Positions 21,080 through 29,208 of a stretch of DNA of 64,000 bases are shown here, piece by piece. Every line of letters starts with the position of its first letter. Position 1 is the first letter of the stretch. Source of the DNA: Candidatus Multivorans sp. (GTDB taxonomy: Bacteria; Acidobacteriota; Thermoanaerobaculia; Multivoradales; Multivoraceae); assembly GCA_965224025.1 (NCBI GenBank), contig OZ245033.1:3456001-3520000 (forward strand). Reading direction: 5' to 3'. Made by a program: the position numbers and the translations under genes. The notes under the pieces were generated by a model that worked only from the letters and a program-made list of their open reading frames with translations, had not been told where the DNA came from and ran no database searches.

Positions 21080-21940
21080 ATGCGGCGGCCGGAAGTTCAA
21101 ACCTCCCGCAACTGCACAGGGCTGGCGCGCTCGCTGGTTGCCGCGGGTTCGGTTCTGGCCCTGCTGGTGCTGGCTTGCACGCCCTCGTCAACGCAGTTGA
21201 CTGAGCTGGAAACCGGTCTCGCCGCCGTGGAACGGCGATTGGACGAACTGAGGTCGCAGACGCCGACGCGCCAGGATCTGGCGACGGTCCTGCGAGCGCT
21301 TGAGAGCCAGACCGACAGCGACGTGACCGCGAACGCGGATGTGAAGGAGGACCTGCGCCAGATCCTCTCCGATCTCGAAGCGCTGCAAACCCTGGTCCAG
21401 GAGCAGCGTCAGATCCTCAACGCTTCGGTGGAACGCCTCGAGCAAACAGGCACGGATGTGGCCCTGATCCAGGGCCGGCTCGAACGCCAGGAGGCGTACC
21501 TTTCGGCCCTCGGTCAGTTGCAGGAAACCAGCCGGCCTGCGCCCGCGGTCGAGACGGTCGATCCGAAGACCATCTACGACACTGCGTACCAGGACTACTC
21601 CGAGGGGAGGTATGAGCCGGCAATCACCGGCTTCCGCCGTTACCTCGACACGTTCCCGGACGGTGCCGATGCGGGCAGCGCCCAGTACTGGCTCGGCGAG
21701 TCCCACCTGGGCCAGGGGCGGTACCGGGCAGCGATCGAAGAGCTGAAGCTGGTCCGGGAACGCTACCCGGAAAGCGACAAGGTCGCGAGTTCCATGCTCC
21801 GGATCGGAGTCGCTCTGAACGAAATGGGCGAGCGCGAGCTCGCAATCGAGATGTTCCTCCAGGTTCGAGCCAGCTATCCCGAAACCGACGAGGCAATCCT
21901 GGCGCTCCAGCAACTCGACAACCTGGGCGCCGAGCAGTAG
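21080..21940 (+). CDS. cpoB: Tol-Pal system protein CpoB/YbgF
   Basis: Lipobox-like LVLAC, coiled coil, TPRs with AQYWLGES; follows pal. Confidence 0.85.
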   Translation: MRRPEVQTSRNCTGLARSLVAAGSVLALLVLACTPSSTQLTELETGLAAVERRLDELRSQTPTRQDLATVLRALESQTDSDVTANADVKEDLRQILSDLEALQTLVQEQRQILNASVERLEQTGTDVALIQGRLERQEAYLSALGQLQETSRPAPAVETVDPKTIYDTAYQDYSEGRYEPAITGFRRYLDTFPDGADAGSAQYWLGESHLGQGRYRAAIEELKLVRERYPESDKVASSMLRIGVALNEMGERELAIEMFLQVRASYPETDEAILALQQLDNLGAEQ

Positions 21941-22012
21941 ACTGCGCCGCCGGCGGCGTCGCGTCACGGGCCGCATGAGATGACCTGCAGGTCAGAGGTG
22001 AGAGAAGACGAT

Positions 22013-22306
22013 ATGGCGAACAGCAAACAGGCAGAGAAGCGCATCCGGCAGTCGCGAGTCCGAAGAGACCGCAACCGCGCCGCGATGTCGAAACTCCGTA
22101 CCTCGGTCAAGGCCCTGCGTACGGCCGCGGACACTGACGTTGAGCGTGCCCGGAAATTGCTTCCCGGCACCTTGAGCCTGATCGACGTCACGGCGCGCAA
22201 GGGCGTGATCCACGCGAACGCCGCCGCCCGCCGTAAGTCGAGACTCACCCGGCTGGTGAACCGCCGCACCAAGGCTTCAGCCGCGCCGGAAGCGGCTGCC
22301 GAGTGA
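22013..22306 (+). CDS. rpsT: 30S ribosomal protein S20
   Basis: MANSKQAEKRIRQ, KGVIHANAAARRKSRL. Confidence 0.96.
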   Translation: MANSKQAEKRIRQSRVRRDRNRAAMSKLRTSVKALRTAADTDVERARKLLPGTLSLIDVTARKGVIHANAAARRKSRLTRLVNRRTKASAAPEAAAE

Positions 22307-22344
22307 CCCTGGCGGGGTAGATCCCCCCCTCTCCGGATGGGGCC

Positions 22345-22896
22345 TCAGAAGCCCTCGAGCAGATCCGTCACCATCGTGTCGGCGAACCGCTCCGCACTGT
22401 CTTCGATGGCGATGTTCTCGCGGTCGAAGAAGTCGCTGTCCGCGCTCTCGACCTCGTAGCTCTCCTTGAACTGGTAGCGGTCATTCGCCCAAATCACCTC
22501 CCCTTCTTCTCCGCCGGGTGTCGTGGCGCTGCGGCGGAAGGAGACATCGGCGACGATTGCGAGTTCGTACTCCTGGGCACGACCGTCGTTCGTGAAGGTG
22601 ATGGGCGCGACCCGGAAGGCAGTGACGGCGCCGCGAATGGTGGCGTCCGATTCCGCTTCGGTGGAGACCAGCTCGAACCGGCGCCGGGTCAGGAGTTCGT
22701 CCGCGATCGCCTGCGTCAGGAACTGCTCGACCTCTACTCTGGCCGTCCGATTCTCGAACGGCGCCAAGAACACGAGTCGTACGTCGTCAGGAATGTTGGA
22801 CGCCTTGCCGACGAGCGCGTAGCCGCAACCGGCCAGGATCAGCACCGGCAGCAATGCCGCTGCCTCGCGAAGCCGCTTTGAAGCGGTGCTCTGCAT
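22345..22896 (-). CDS. lptE: LptE-like lipoprotein
   Basis: LAGCGY lipobox, FENRT, size and layout typical of LptE. Confidence 0.75.
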   Translation of the reverse strand: MQSTASKRLREAAALLPVLILAGCGYALVGKASNIPDDVRLVFLAPFENRTARVEVEQFLTQAIADELLTRRRFELVSTEAESDATIRGAVTAFRVAPITFTNDGRAQEYELAIVADVSFRRSATTPGGEEGEVIWANDRYQFKESYEVESADSDFFDRENIAIEDSAERFADTMVTDLLEGF

Positions 22897-22956
22897 AAGT
22901 GTCAGCGTAGCAGTCCGTGGCCGAAGTCCCCGGCGCCGGGGCTCTCCAAGGGGACG

Positions 22957-23484
22957 TCAGCGGCGCGGATCCGGATTCAGCGTAGTGCGCAGCGCGTCGA
23001 GGATCCCGTTCACGAAACGGCCCGACTGCTCGGAACCGAACTTCTTGGCCAGTTCGATCGCTTCGTCGATCACGACCACCGGGGGGACGTCGGACTGGAA
23101 GCGCATCTCGTAGACCGCCAGACGCAGGACGTTGCGATCAACCACGGGCATCCTCTCCAGTCGCCAGTTGTCCGCCTGGTCCGCGACCATACGATCGATC
23201 GACTCCTTGTGGGCGAGGCTGCCCTCCACCAGCGTGCGGGCATAGTCGAGCGCCAACTCCGAGGCCTTCGGGCTGGCGCCGGCGTCCGCGGTCTCGGCGC
23301 GGAACGCGTGGATATCGAATGCCCTGAGCAGTTGAGCCGGTTCCGCGTCCCCCAGTTCCCGCTGGTAGAGCATCTGCAGCGCCATTTCCCTGGCCTGGCG
23401 GCGCTTGCCGCCCGCTCGCCGGGGCCGATTGCCACTCGCCGGACGCACGCCTTGCGCCGATGACGCTTCGCCGGCTCTGGTCAC
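22957..23484 (-). CDS. nusB: Transcription antitermination factor NusB
   Basis: RRQAREMALQMLYQ, WRLERM, DEAIELAKKFG, FVNGILD. Confidence 0.95.
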   Translation of the reverse strand: MTRAGEASSAQGVRPASGNRPRRAGGKRRQAREMALQMLYQRELGDAEPAQLLRAFDIHAFRAETADAGASPKASELALDYARTLVEGSLAHKESIDRMVADQADNWRLERMPVVDRNVLRLAVYEMRFQSDVPPVVVIDEAIELAKKFGSEQSGRFVNGILDALRTTLNPDPRR

Positions 23485-23939
23485 GTCTTGAGCGACCGCA
23501 GCAGATTCGCCATCTCGAGTGCTGCTTCAGCGGCCTCCTCGCCCTTGTTTCCCGCCCTGCCCCCGGCGCGCGCAGCGGCCTGCTCCGCGTCGTTGCAGGT
23601 GAGAACGCCAAACCCGACGGGGATTCCGGTTCGCGCGGTGACTCCGGCGCATCCTGCCGCGCACTCGTTGCAGATGTACTCGAAGTGCGGCGTCTCACCG
23701 CGGATCACGGCGCCGAGCGCCACCAGCGCGTCGACCCTGCCGCCGGCGGCCAGGGCATCGAGAGCCGCCGGTATCTCCCAGGCGCCGGGAACCCGGACAA
23801 GCAGTAGGTCTTCGGCCCTGGCCCCGTGGTCCAGCAGGACCTTGCGGGCACCCTCGACCAGGCGCTCGACGATGCTGCCGCTAAAGCGCGCCGCCACCAG
23901 GCCGAACCTGACGCCGGCCGCATCGGAGGCGGTCTTCAT
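23481..23939 (-). CDS. ribH: 6,7-dimethyl-8-ribityllumazine synthase
   Basis: VPGAWEIP, GAVIRGETPHFEYI, FGVLT, NKGEEAA; start set at ATG 23939. Confidence 0.95.
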   Translation of the reverse strand: MKTASDAAGVRFGLVAARFSGSIVERLVEGARKVLLDHGARAEDLLLVRVPGAWEIPAALDALAAGGRVDALVALGAVIRGETPHFEYICNECAAGCAGVTARTGIPVGFGVLTCNDAEQAAARAGGRAGNKGEEAAEAALEMANLLRSLKT

Positions 23940-23989
23940 GTCGGGACTGGGGGCTGGCCGGGCGCTTCGGGGCTGAACGAATCGTCGAA

Positions 23990-24066
23990 TGGTCGGGACG
24001 GCGAGATTCGAACTCGCGACCCCCTGAACCCCATTCAGGTACGCTACCAGACTGCGCCACGTCCCG
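23990..24066 (-). tRNA. tRNA-Pro(GGG)
   Basis: CGGGACG acceptor stem, CCTGA-ATGGGGT-TCAGG anticodon arm, GTTCGAATC T-loop, encoded CCA. Confidence 0.97.
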
Positions 24067-24176
24067 ACCGAGGGGCATTCTCTACTCAATCGCGGCGCTT
24101 GGCAACAGGCGCCGCCTGGCAGCTCGTGGTGAAAGTCCGTGTCGAATGCAGCGCGCGACCTTCGCTGAGCGCTCGA

Positions 24177-24713
24177 TCAGTCGTCCTCGATGCCCATATC
24201 AGGCTTGAGCTCGGCCGCAAGGTGGCGCGCCTGCGAAACGAGGGCGGCAACCCCACCCTCGAGCCTCTCGACCCGGCGGGTCAAAGCTCCTATCTCGCCG
24301 ATGTCGGCGCCCTCCATACCTGCCGGAGAGCTGTCCAGAGCATCCTCCGCCTCCGGTTCCTCCACGTCGGCTTCTTCCGTCTCCGAGTCGTCTCCCTGCC
24401 CTTCCTCCGCCGGCGCCTCGCCGCCGTTGGTCCGCGCCTCGGTCACCACCAGGGGGCGGCCGCGGACACCGCCCTCCTCGAGTTCAGCGGCGAGCTTCTT
24501 CTTGGCGCTGGCGATCGTGTAGCCCTCGTCGTACAGAAGCTCCTTGATCCGGCGAATGGTCTCCAGATCTTCGGCGTCATACTCCCGACGGCCGCCCGCG
24601 CCCTTCTGGAGGGCGAGAACCGGAAACTCGGTCTGCCAGTAGCGCAGAAGGTAGGGCTGGATGTCCAGCACCCTGCACACATCGGCGATCTTGTACTGCT
24701 GCTTGGAGGGAAT
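24177..24713 (-). CDS. MerR family regulator, start codon uncertain
   Basis: IPSKQQYKIADVCRVLDIQPYLLRYWQTEFP, GGRREY, IKELLYDEGYTIASAKK; lies upstream of tRNA-Pro as in many bacteria. Confidence 0.85.
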   Translation of the reverse strand: MPSKQQYKIADVCRVLDIQPYLLRYWQTEFPVLALQKGAGGRREYDAEDLETIRRIKELLYDEGYTIASAKKKLAAELEEGGVRGRPLVVTEARTNGGEAPAEEGQGDDSETEEADVEEPEAEDALDSSPAGMEGADIGEIGALTRRVERLEGGVAALVSQARHLAAELKPDMGIEDD

Positions 24714-24852
24714 GACCGGTCTCCCGGCTGGTCCACAGATGATCGGGGCTTGGCCCAGAAACGGCGGCGACCCGGATCTCTGAAGTCAGGGAAACGGGTT
24801 GGAGACTATACGAAATCCTCGAGACTGCGGAGTTGGGGCGCCCGGCCGCCGC

Positions 24853-26175
24853 TCAGCCAGGCGCCGGGTCGACTTCGCCGCGCCGTTCCCTGATCACGAT
24901 GCGAAGCGGAACCCCCTTGAGATCGAATGCTCTTCGAAGCTGGTTTTCGAGGTACTTCCGGTAGGTGTGCCTACGTTTCAGGCGCCGATTCGCGAACAGC
25001 AGAAACGTGGGAGGCGTCCCGTGCACTTGGGCTGCGTAGAAAAGTCGCCACGGTCTGCCCCGTTCCGCGGGCGGCTGGTGACGGGCCACGATGCGGTGCG
25101 TCACCCGGTTCAGTTCGGAGGTCGGCACCCGCAGCCGGTGGCGCTCCCGGACCCGATCGAGAGCGGGGAGGATGCCGCCCACGCCGCGTCCCGTCAACGC
25201 GGAGACGTTGACGCGAGGCGGCTTGGCGAACACCTCCGCCAGGCGCTCCCAGCCCGCTTCGAGCCGCTCCCTACCCTCCGCGTCCAGGAGATCCCACTTG
25301 TTGCAGGCGATGACGCCGGAGCGTCCGGCCTGCCAGGCTGCAGCGGCAATCGCCAGATCACCGGTTGTGATCCCATGGCTCGCGTCGACCACGAGAACCA
25401 CCAGTTCGGCGCGCTCGATCTGTCTCTGGGCGAGCATCACGGCCAGTTCCTCCGGAGCGTCCTGGACCTGGGAACGGCGCCGAATACCGGCCGTATCCAC
25501 GAGGAGGTAGTCCGGGCCTTCCTCCCGTTGCAGCAGGCTGTCGATCGGATCTCTCGTCGTTCCGGCAGTCGGCGACACGAGCGTCCGTTCCGTGCCCAGC
25601 AACCGGTTGATCAACGAGGACTTGCCCACATTCGGTCGGCCGGCGACCGCGACCCCCGACGCTTCGGGCTCGAGCGCCGGCGTCGCATCGGAAAGATGCC
25701 CGGCGACCTCTTCGTGCAGCGAGGCCAGACCCGCGCCATGTTCCGCGGACACGAGAACGAGTCCGTCGGCGCCCAAGGCGTAGAACTCCTGGTATCCCTC
25801 CCGTGCGGCGCGGGTATCCGACTTGTTGACCACGACGACGATCGGCCGGCCGTAACCCCGAAGCCGCGCCATGACCTGCTCGTCGGCTGCCGCCAGCCCT
25901 TCCCTGCCGTCGACAACGAGCAGGAGCACGTCGCTCTCTTCGATCGCGAACTCGACCTGGGCGTTCAATCCCAGGGGATCGTCGCCCGGCGCCAAGCCCC
26001 CGGTGTCGATCAGCTCGACGACACCGCGGCCCTCCAGTTCAAAGCGCCCCACCAGACGGTCCCGCGTCACGCCGGGCGTTCCGTGGACGATCGCCTGCCG
26101 GCGGCCGATCAGCCGGTTGAAGAGGGTCGACTTGCCGACGTTGGGGCGACCGACGATCGCGATCGCGGCTGGCAC
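24853..26175 (-). CDS. der: Ribosome biogenesis GTPase Der
   Basis: Two G domains (GRPNVGKST/DTGG/NKSD and GRPNVGKSS/DTAG/NKWD) and KH-like C-terminus; start set at GTG 26175. Confidence 0.96.
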   Translation of the reverse strand: MPAAIAIVGRPNVGKSTLFNRLIGRRQAIVHGTPGVTRDRLVGRFELEGRGVVELIDTGGLAPGDDPLGLNAQVEFAIEESDVLLLVVDGREGLAAADEQVMARLRGYGRPIVVVVNKSDTRAAREGYQEFYALGADGLVLVSAEHGAGLASLHEEVAGHLSDATPALEPEASGVAVAGRPNVGKSSLINRLLGTERTLVSPTAGTTRDPIDSLLQREEGPDYLLVDTAGIRRRSQVQDAPEELAVMLAQRQIERAELVVLVVDASHGITTGDLAIAAAAWQAGRSGVIACNKWDLLDAEGRERLEAGWERLAEVFAKPPRVNVSALTGRGVGGILPALDRVRERHRLRVPTSELNRVTHRIVARHQPPAERGRPWRLFYAAQVHGTPPTFLLFANRRLKRRHTYRKYLENQLRRAFDLKGVPLRIVIRERRGEVDPAPG

Positions 26176-26189
26176 GAGAGGATCCGGCG

Positions 26190-26717
26190 TTATGACTCGA
26201 ACTGATACTCGATCCGGCGGGCGATCACCATCCAACCCTCGTCGCGCCGCTTGAACTGGTAGCGCACACGGTAGCGATCGATAGCCGACGCGAGCACCCG
26301 TTCGGTACCGCTGGCCAGGGACTGGATGTCCCAGACCTCAAGGGTGGTCACGGCCGCGTTGGAGTAGCGCCAGACAGCGATCCGCTCGATCTCGAAGCTC
26401 TTGAGCGTCGGTTGCAGGGTACGGCTCTCCCCCGTTTCCAGTTCGTAGACCCGCCTCCTGACCGTCTCGACCTCCTTCGGCACGGCACCGGAAGCCAGCG
26501 ACTCGAAGTCCCCCGTCGCGTAGGCCGCGCCGAGCTTCGGCAGGTAGTCCGTGAGAACGGCCTCGATCGCCAGCCGATCCTCGTCGTTCGCTCCGTCCTG
26601 CCCGGTGTCGCCGCAACCGGTCAGGCCAGCCGTCCACGCGACCGCGAGCAGCAGTGGAAGCGCGGCGCGCGCGGTCCCGCCGGCGAGAGCCCCACAGCGA
26701 TGAAGTGATCTGCTCAT
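26190..26717 (-). CDS. Hypothetical lipoprotein
   Basis: Signal peptide with LTGC lipobox; fits the gap between der and tRNA-Leu. Confidence 0.7.
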   Translation of the reverse strand: MSRSLHRCGALAGGTARAALPLLLAVAWTAGLTGCGDTGQDGANDEDRLAIEAVLTDYLPKLGAAYATGDFESLASGAVPKEVETVRRRVYELETGESRTLQPTLKSFEIERIAVWRYSNAAVTTLEVWDIQSLASGTERVLASAIDRYRVRYQFKRRDEGWMVIARRIEYQFES

Positions 26718-26802
26718 GGAACGAGCCTAACAGCCCGATCGATATGCGGATACAATCCCTCCGGCCTATCGGCCGCCGCGAAAGCGGCGCCGCCGGGCCG
26801 TT

Positions 26803-26889
26803 GCGAAAGTGGCGGAATTGGTAGACGCGCAAGATTCAGGATCTTGTGGTAGCAATACCGTGGGGGTTCGAGTCCCCCCTTTCGCACCA
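26803..26889 (+). tRNA. tRNA-Leu(CAG)
   Basis: GCGAAAG acceptor stem, CAAGA-TTCAGGA-TCTTG anticodon arm, long variable arm, GTTCGAGTC, encoded CCA. Confidence 0.97.
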
Positions 26890-26893
26890 GGCG

Positions 26894-27475
26894 CTAGCAG
26901 CTAGCGATGTAGAAGGCCAGGGCACTGTCCCCGTAGCGCCTCTCGCCAGTGAGCCGGAGTCGGCCCGCACCAGCGGGCGGCCGGCGCCGGCTTGAGTGCT
27001 CCAGCACGACTTCTCCGCCGTCCGCGATCAAGCCGTCAACTGCGGCCAGCAGGTTGTCGAGCCCGAGTGCCTCGTACGGCGGGTCGATGAAGGCCAGTTC
27101 GAAGGCGGCCTCTCCGCCCGTGGCGCCGCCAAGTCGATCGGGGAGCTTGGCTCGGGCCAGACGCAGGCCCTCGGCGCCCAGGCGCTCCCGGTTCCCCTCC
27201 ATGCATTCCAGGGCGCCGCGATCCCGGTCGACGGCGAGGGCCGAACCGGCGCCGCGGGACAACGCCTCCAGCGAGACGCAGCCGGAGCCCGCGTAGAGTT
27301 CCAGGAAGCGGCAGCCGCGGACGCGACCGCCCCAGTGGGAGAACAGCGCCTCGCGCACCCGGGCCTGCGTGGGGCGGATGCCCGCCGGCGTCGCGAGACG
27401 GCGACCCCGCCAGCGGCCGCCCAGCAACTTCACTCCGCCCGAGCGAATCGCCGAACGGCCTCTGCCGGGGCTCAT
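26894..27475 (-). CDS. rsmD: 16S rRNA m2G966 methyltransferase
   Basis: GGRWRGRRL, RPTQARVREALF, LYAGSG, EALSRGA, DPPY, RYGDS. Confidence 0.93.
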   Translation of the reverse strand: MSPGRGRSAIRSGGVKLLGGRWRGRRLATPAGIRPTQARVREALFSHWGGRVRGCRFLELYAGSGCVSLEALSRGAGSALAVDRDRGALECMEGNRERLGAEGLRLARAKLPDRLGGATGGEAAFELAFIDPPYEALGLDNLLAAVDGLIADGGEVVLEHSSRRRPPAGAGRLRLTGERRYGDSALAFYIASC

Positions 27476-29208
27476 CCGCCGCTCGACGTCGAGGCCGACG
27501 GATGGCGGTAGGCCACCCGGCCTCCTACGATCGTGTAAACGACCTCGGTACCGGGAATCTCCTCCTCGGGCACGGTCATGATGTCGCGGGAGAGAACCGT
27601 CACGTCCGCGAGCTTCCCGACCTCCAGGCTACCCTTCCGATCCTCTTCGAATGCCGAATAGGCCGCGTCGAGCGTGTACGAACGGAGCGCCTCCTCCCGG
27701 GTCATCCGCTGGCTTGGCACGAAGATCTCGCCGTTCCCCATCCGGCGGCTGACGGCGGCATGGAAGGACGCGATCGGATCGACATTCTCGACCGGGGCGT
27801 CCGTGCCGTTCGTCACCACGGCGCCGGAGTCGATCAGCTTGCGCCACGCGTAGGCGCCTTCCGCCGCGCGCTCTTCCCCGAGCCGGTCCGGCACCCAGGG
27901 TCCATCGGACGTGCAGTGAACCGCCTGCATCGAAGCGATCACGCCGAGACCGGCGAAGCGCGGAACGTCCTCCGGGTGCAGGTGCTGGGCATGTTCGATC
28001 CGCCAGCGCTGGTCCCGGTCGCCGGCAAGGGCCCGTTCGAACAGGTCGAGCGTCTCCCGGTTCGCCCGGTCGCCGATGGCGTGGACGCAGAGTTGGAAGT
28101 CGTGCTCCCGCGCCAGCCGTGCCGCCTCTTCCATGGCTTCGAGGCTCGTCGTGTTCAGACCGCTGGTTTGCGGCAGATCATCGTAGGGCTCGAGCAGCCA
28201 GGCGCCGTGCGAGCCCAGGGCGCCGTCGATGGAGCGTTTGATGGCCCGCACGGTCAGAAAGCCGTCTCCGCGGTCGATCATGCGGTACCGGCTCAAGGAT
28301 GCGGCCAGAGATTCGTTGCCCTCCCCCACCATCACCCACAGGCGCAGCGGAAGGGACCCTTCGTCGGCCATCTGTCGATAGGCGTCGATCAGTTCGAAAC
28401 TCGAGCCGGCATCCTGAAAGCTGGTTATGCCCTTGGCGAGACATTCCTCGGCCGCGATGCCCACGACGCGCCGGACCTGGTTCCACTCCAGCGTCTCGCC
28501 GCGCAGGCCCGTGACCAGGTTCTCCGCCGTTTCTCTGAGCGCGCCGGTCGGTTGCCCATTCCGGTCGCGCACAATCTCGCCCCCGTCCGGGTCCGGGGTT
28601 GCCGCGTCGACCCCGGCAAGCGCCATGGCACGTGCGTTGACGAAGGCCATGTGGCCGCTGGCGTGCGTCAGGAGCACGGGATTCTCGGGCGACACCGCGC
28701 TCAGGCCGGCATGAACAGGCAGTCCCTGGACGCTGGCAACAGGCGGTTCCGACCACTTCGATTGATGCCAGCCCCGCCCCAGGATCCAGGTTCCCGGTGG
28801 GGTTCCTTCGACCGCTGCCGCCACCTGAGCGACGATCTCGTTCCAGGATGACGCGGACTCGAGCGCCAACTGGAGCTTCGACTCGCCGAGAGCCCAGAAG
28901 TGTCCGTGCCCCTCGATCAGACCCGGCACCGCCAGACGGCCCTCCAGGTCGAGCACCTCCGTATCCGCACCGATCCAACTCCTGGCCGCCTCCTCGGAGC
29001 CGACGAAGACGATGCGGCCGTCGATCGCGGCCAAGGCCTCCGCTTCGGCGGGTGTGCGTTCCGTGTCCTGGCTCAGGGTGACGAGCCGGCCGCCCAGGAG
29101 AACGAGGTCCGCCGCCTGCCCGGGCTCATGACCGCAACCGGCAAGAAGGAAGCCCGCCACCGCCGCTAGCGCCGCGGCGCATCTCACACGGCCGAAGCGG
29201 AGCATCAT
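27472..29208 (-). CDS. Amidohydrolase_3 (YtcJ-like) lipoprotein
   Basis: LAGC lipobox, PGLIEGHGH, DGALGS, HAIGDRA, RIEHAQ, GTDAPVE. Confidence 0.9.
   Translation of the reverse strand: MMLRFGRVRCAAALAAVAGFLLAGCGHEPGQAADLVLLGGRLVTLSQDTERTPAEAEALAAIDGRIVFVGSEEAARSWIGADTEVLDLEGRLAVPGLIEGHGHFWALGESKLQLALESASSWNEIVAQVAAAVEGTPPGTWILGRGWHQSKWSEPPVASVQGLPVHAGLSAVSPENPVLLTHASGHMAFVNARAMALAGVDAATPDPDGGEIVRDRNGQPTGALRETAENLVTGLRGETLEWNQVRRVVGIAAEECLAKGITSFQDAGSSFELIDAYRQMADEGSLPLRLWVMVGEGNESLAASLSRYRMIDRGDGFLTVRAIKRSIDGALGSHGAWLLEPYDDLPQTSGLNTTSLEAMEEAARLAREHDFQLCVHAIGDRANRETLDLFERALAGDRDQRWRIEHAQHLHPEDVPRFAGLGVIASMQAVHCTSDGPWVPDRLGEERAAEGAYAWRKLIDSGAVVTNGTDAPVENVDPIASFHAAVSRRMGNGEIFVPSQRMTREEALRSYTLDAAYSAFEEDRKGSLEVGKLADVTVLSRDIMTVPEEEIPGTEVVYTIVGGRVAYRHPSASTSSGG

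Noticed and set aside
23940-26900. Genomic island at tRNA-Pro or tRNA-Leu
   Set aside because: No integrase, no duplicated tRNA 3' end noticed, and both tRNAs are flanked by housekeeping genes.
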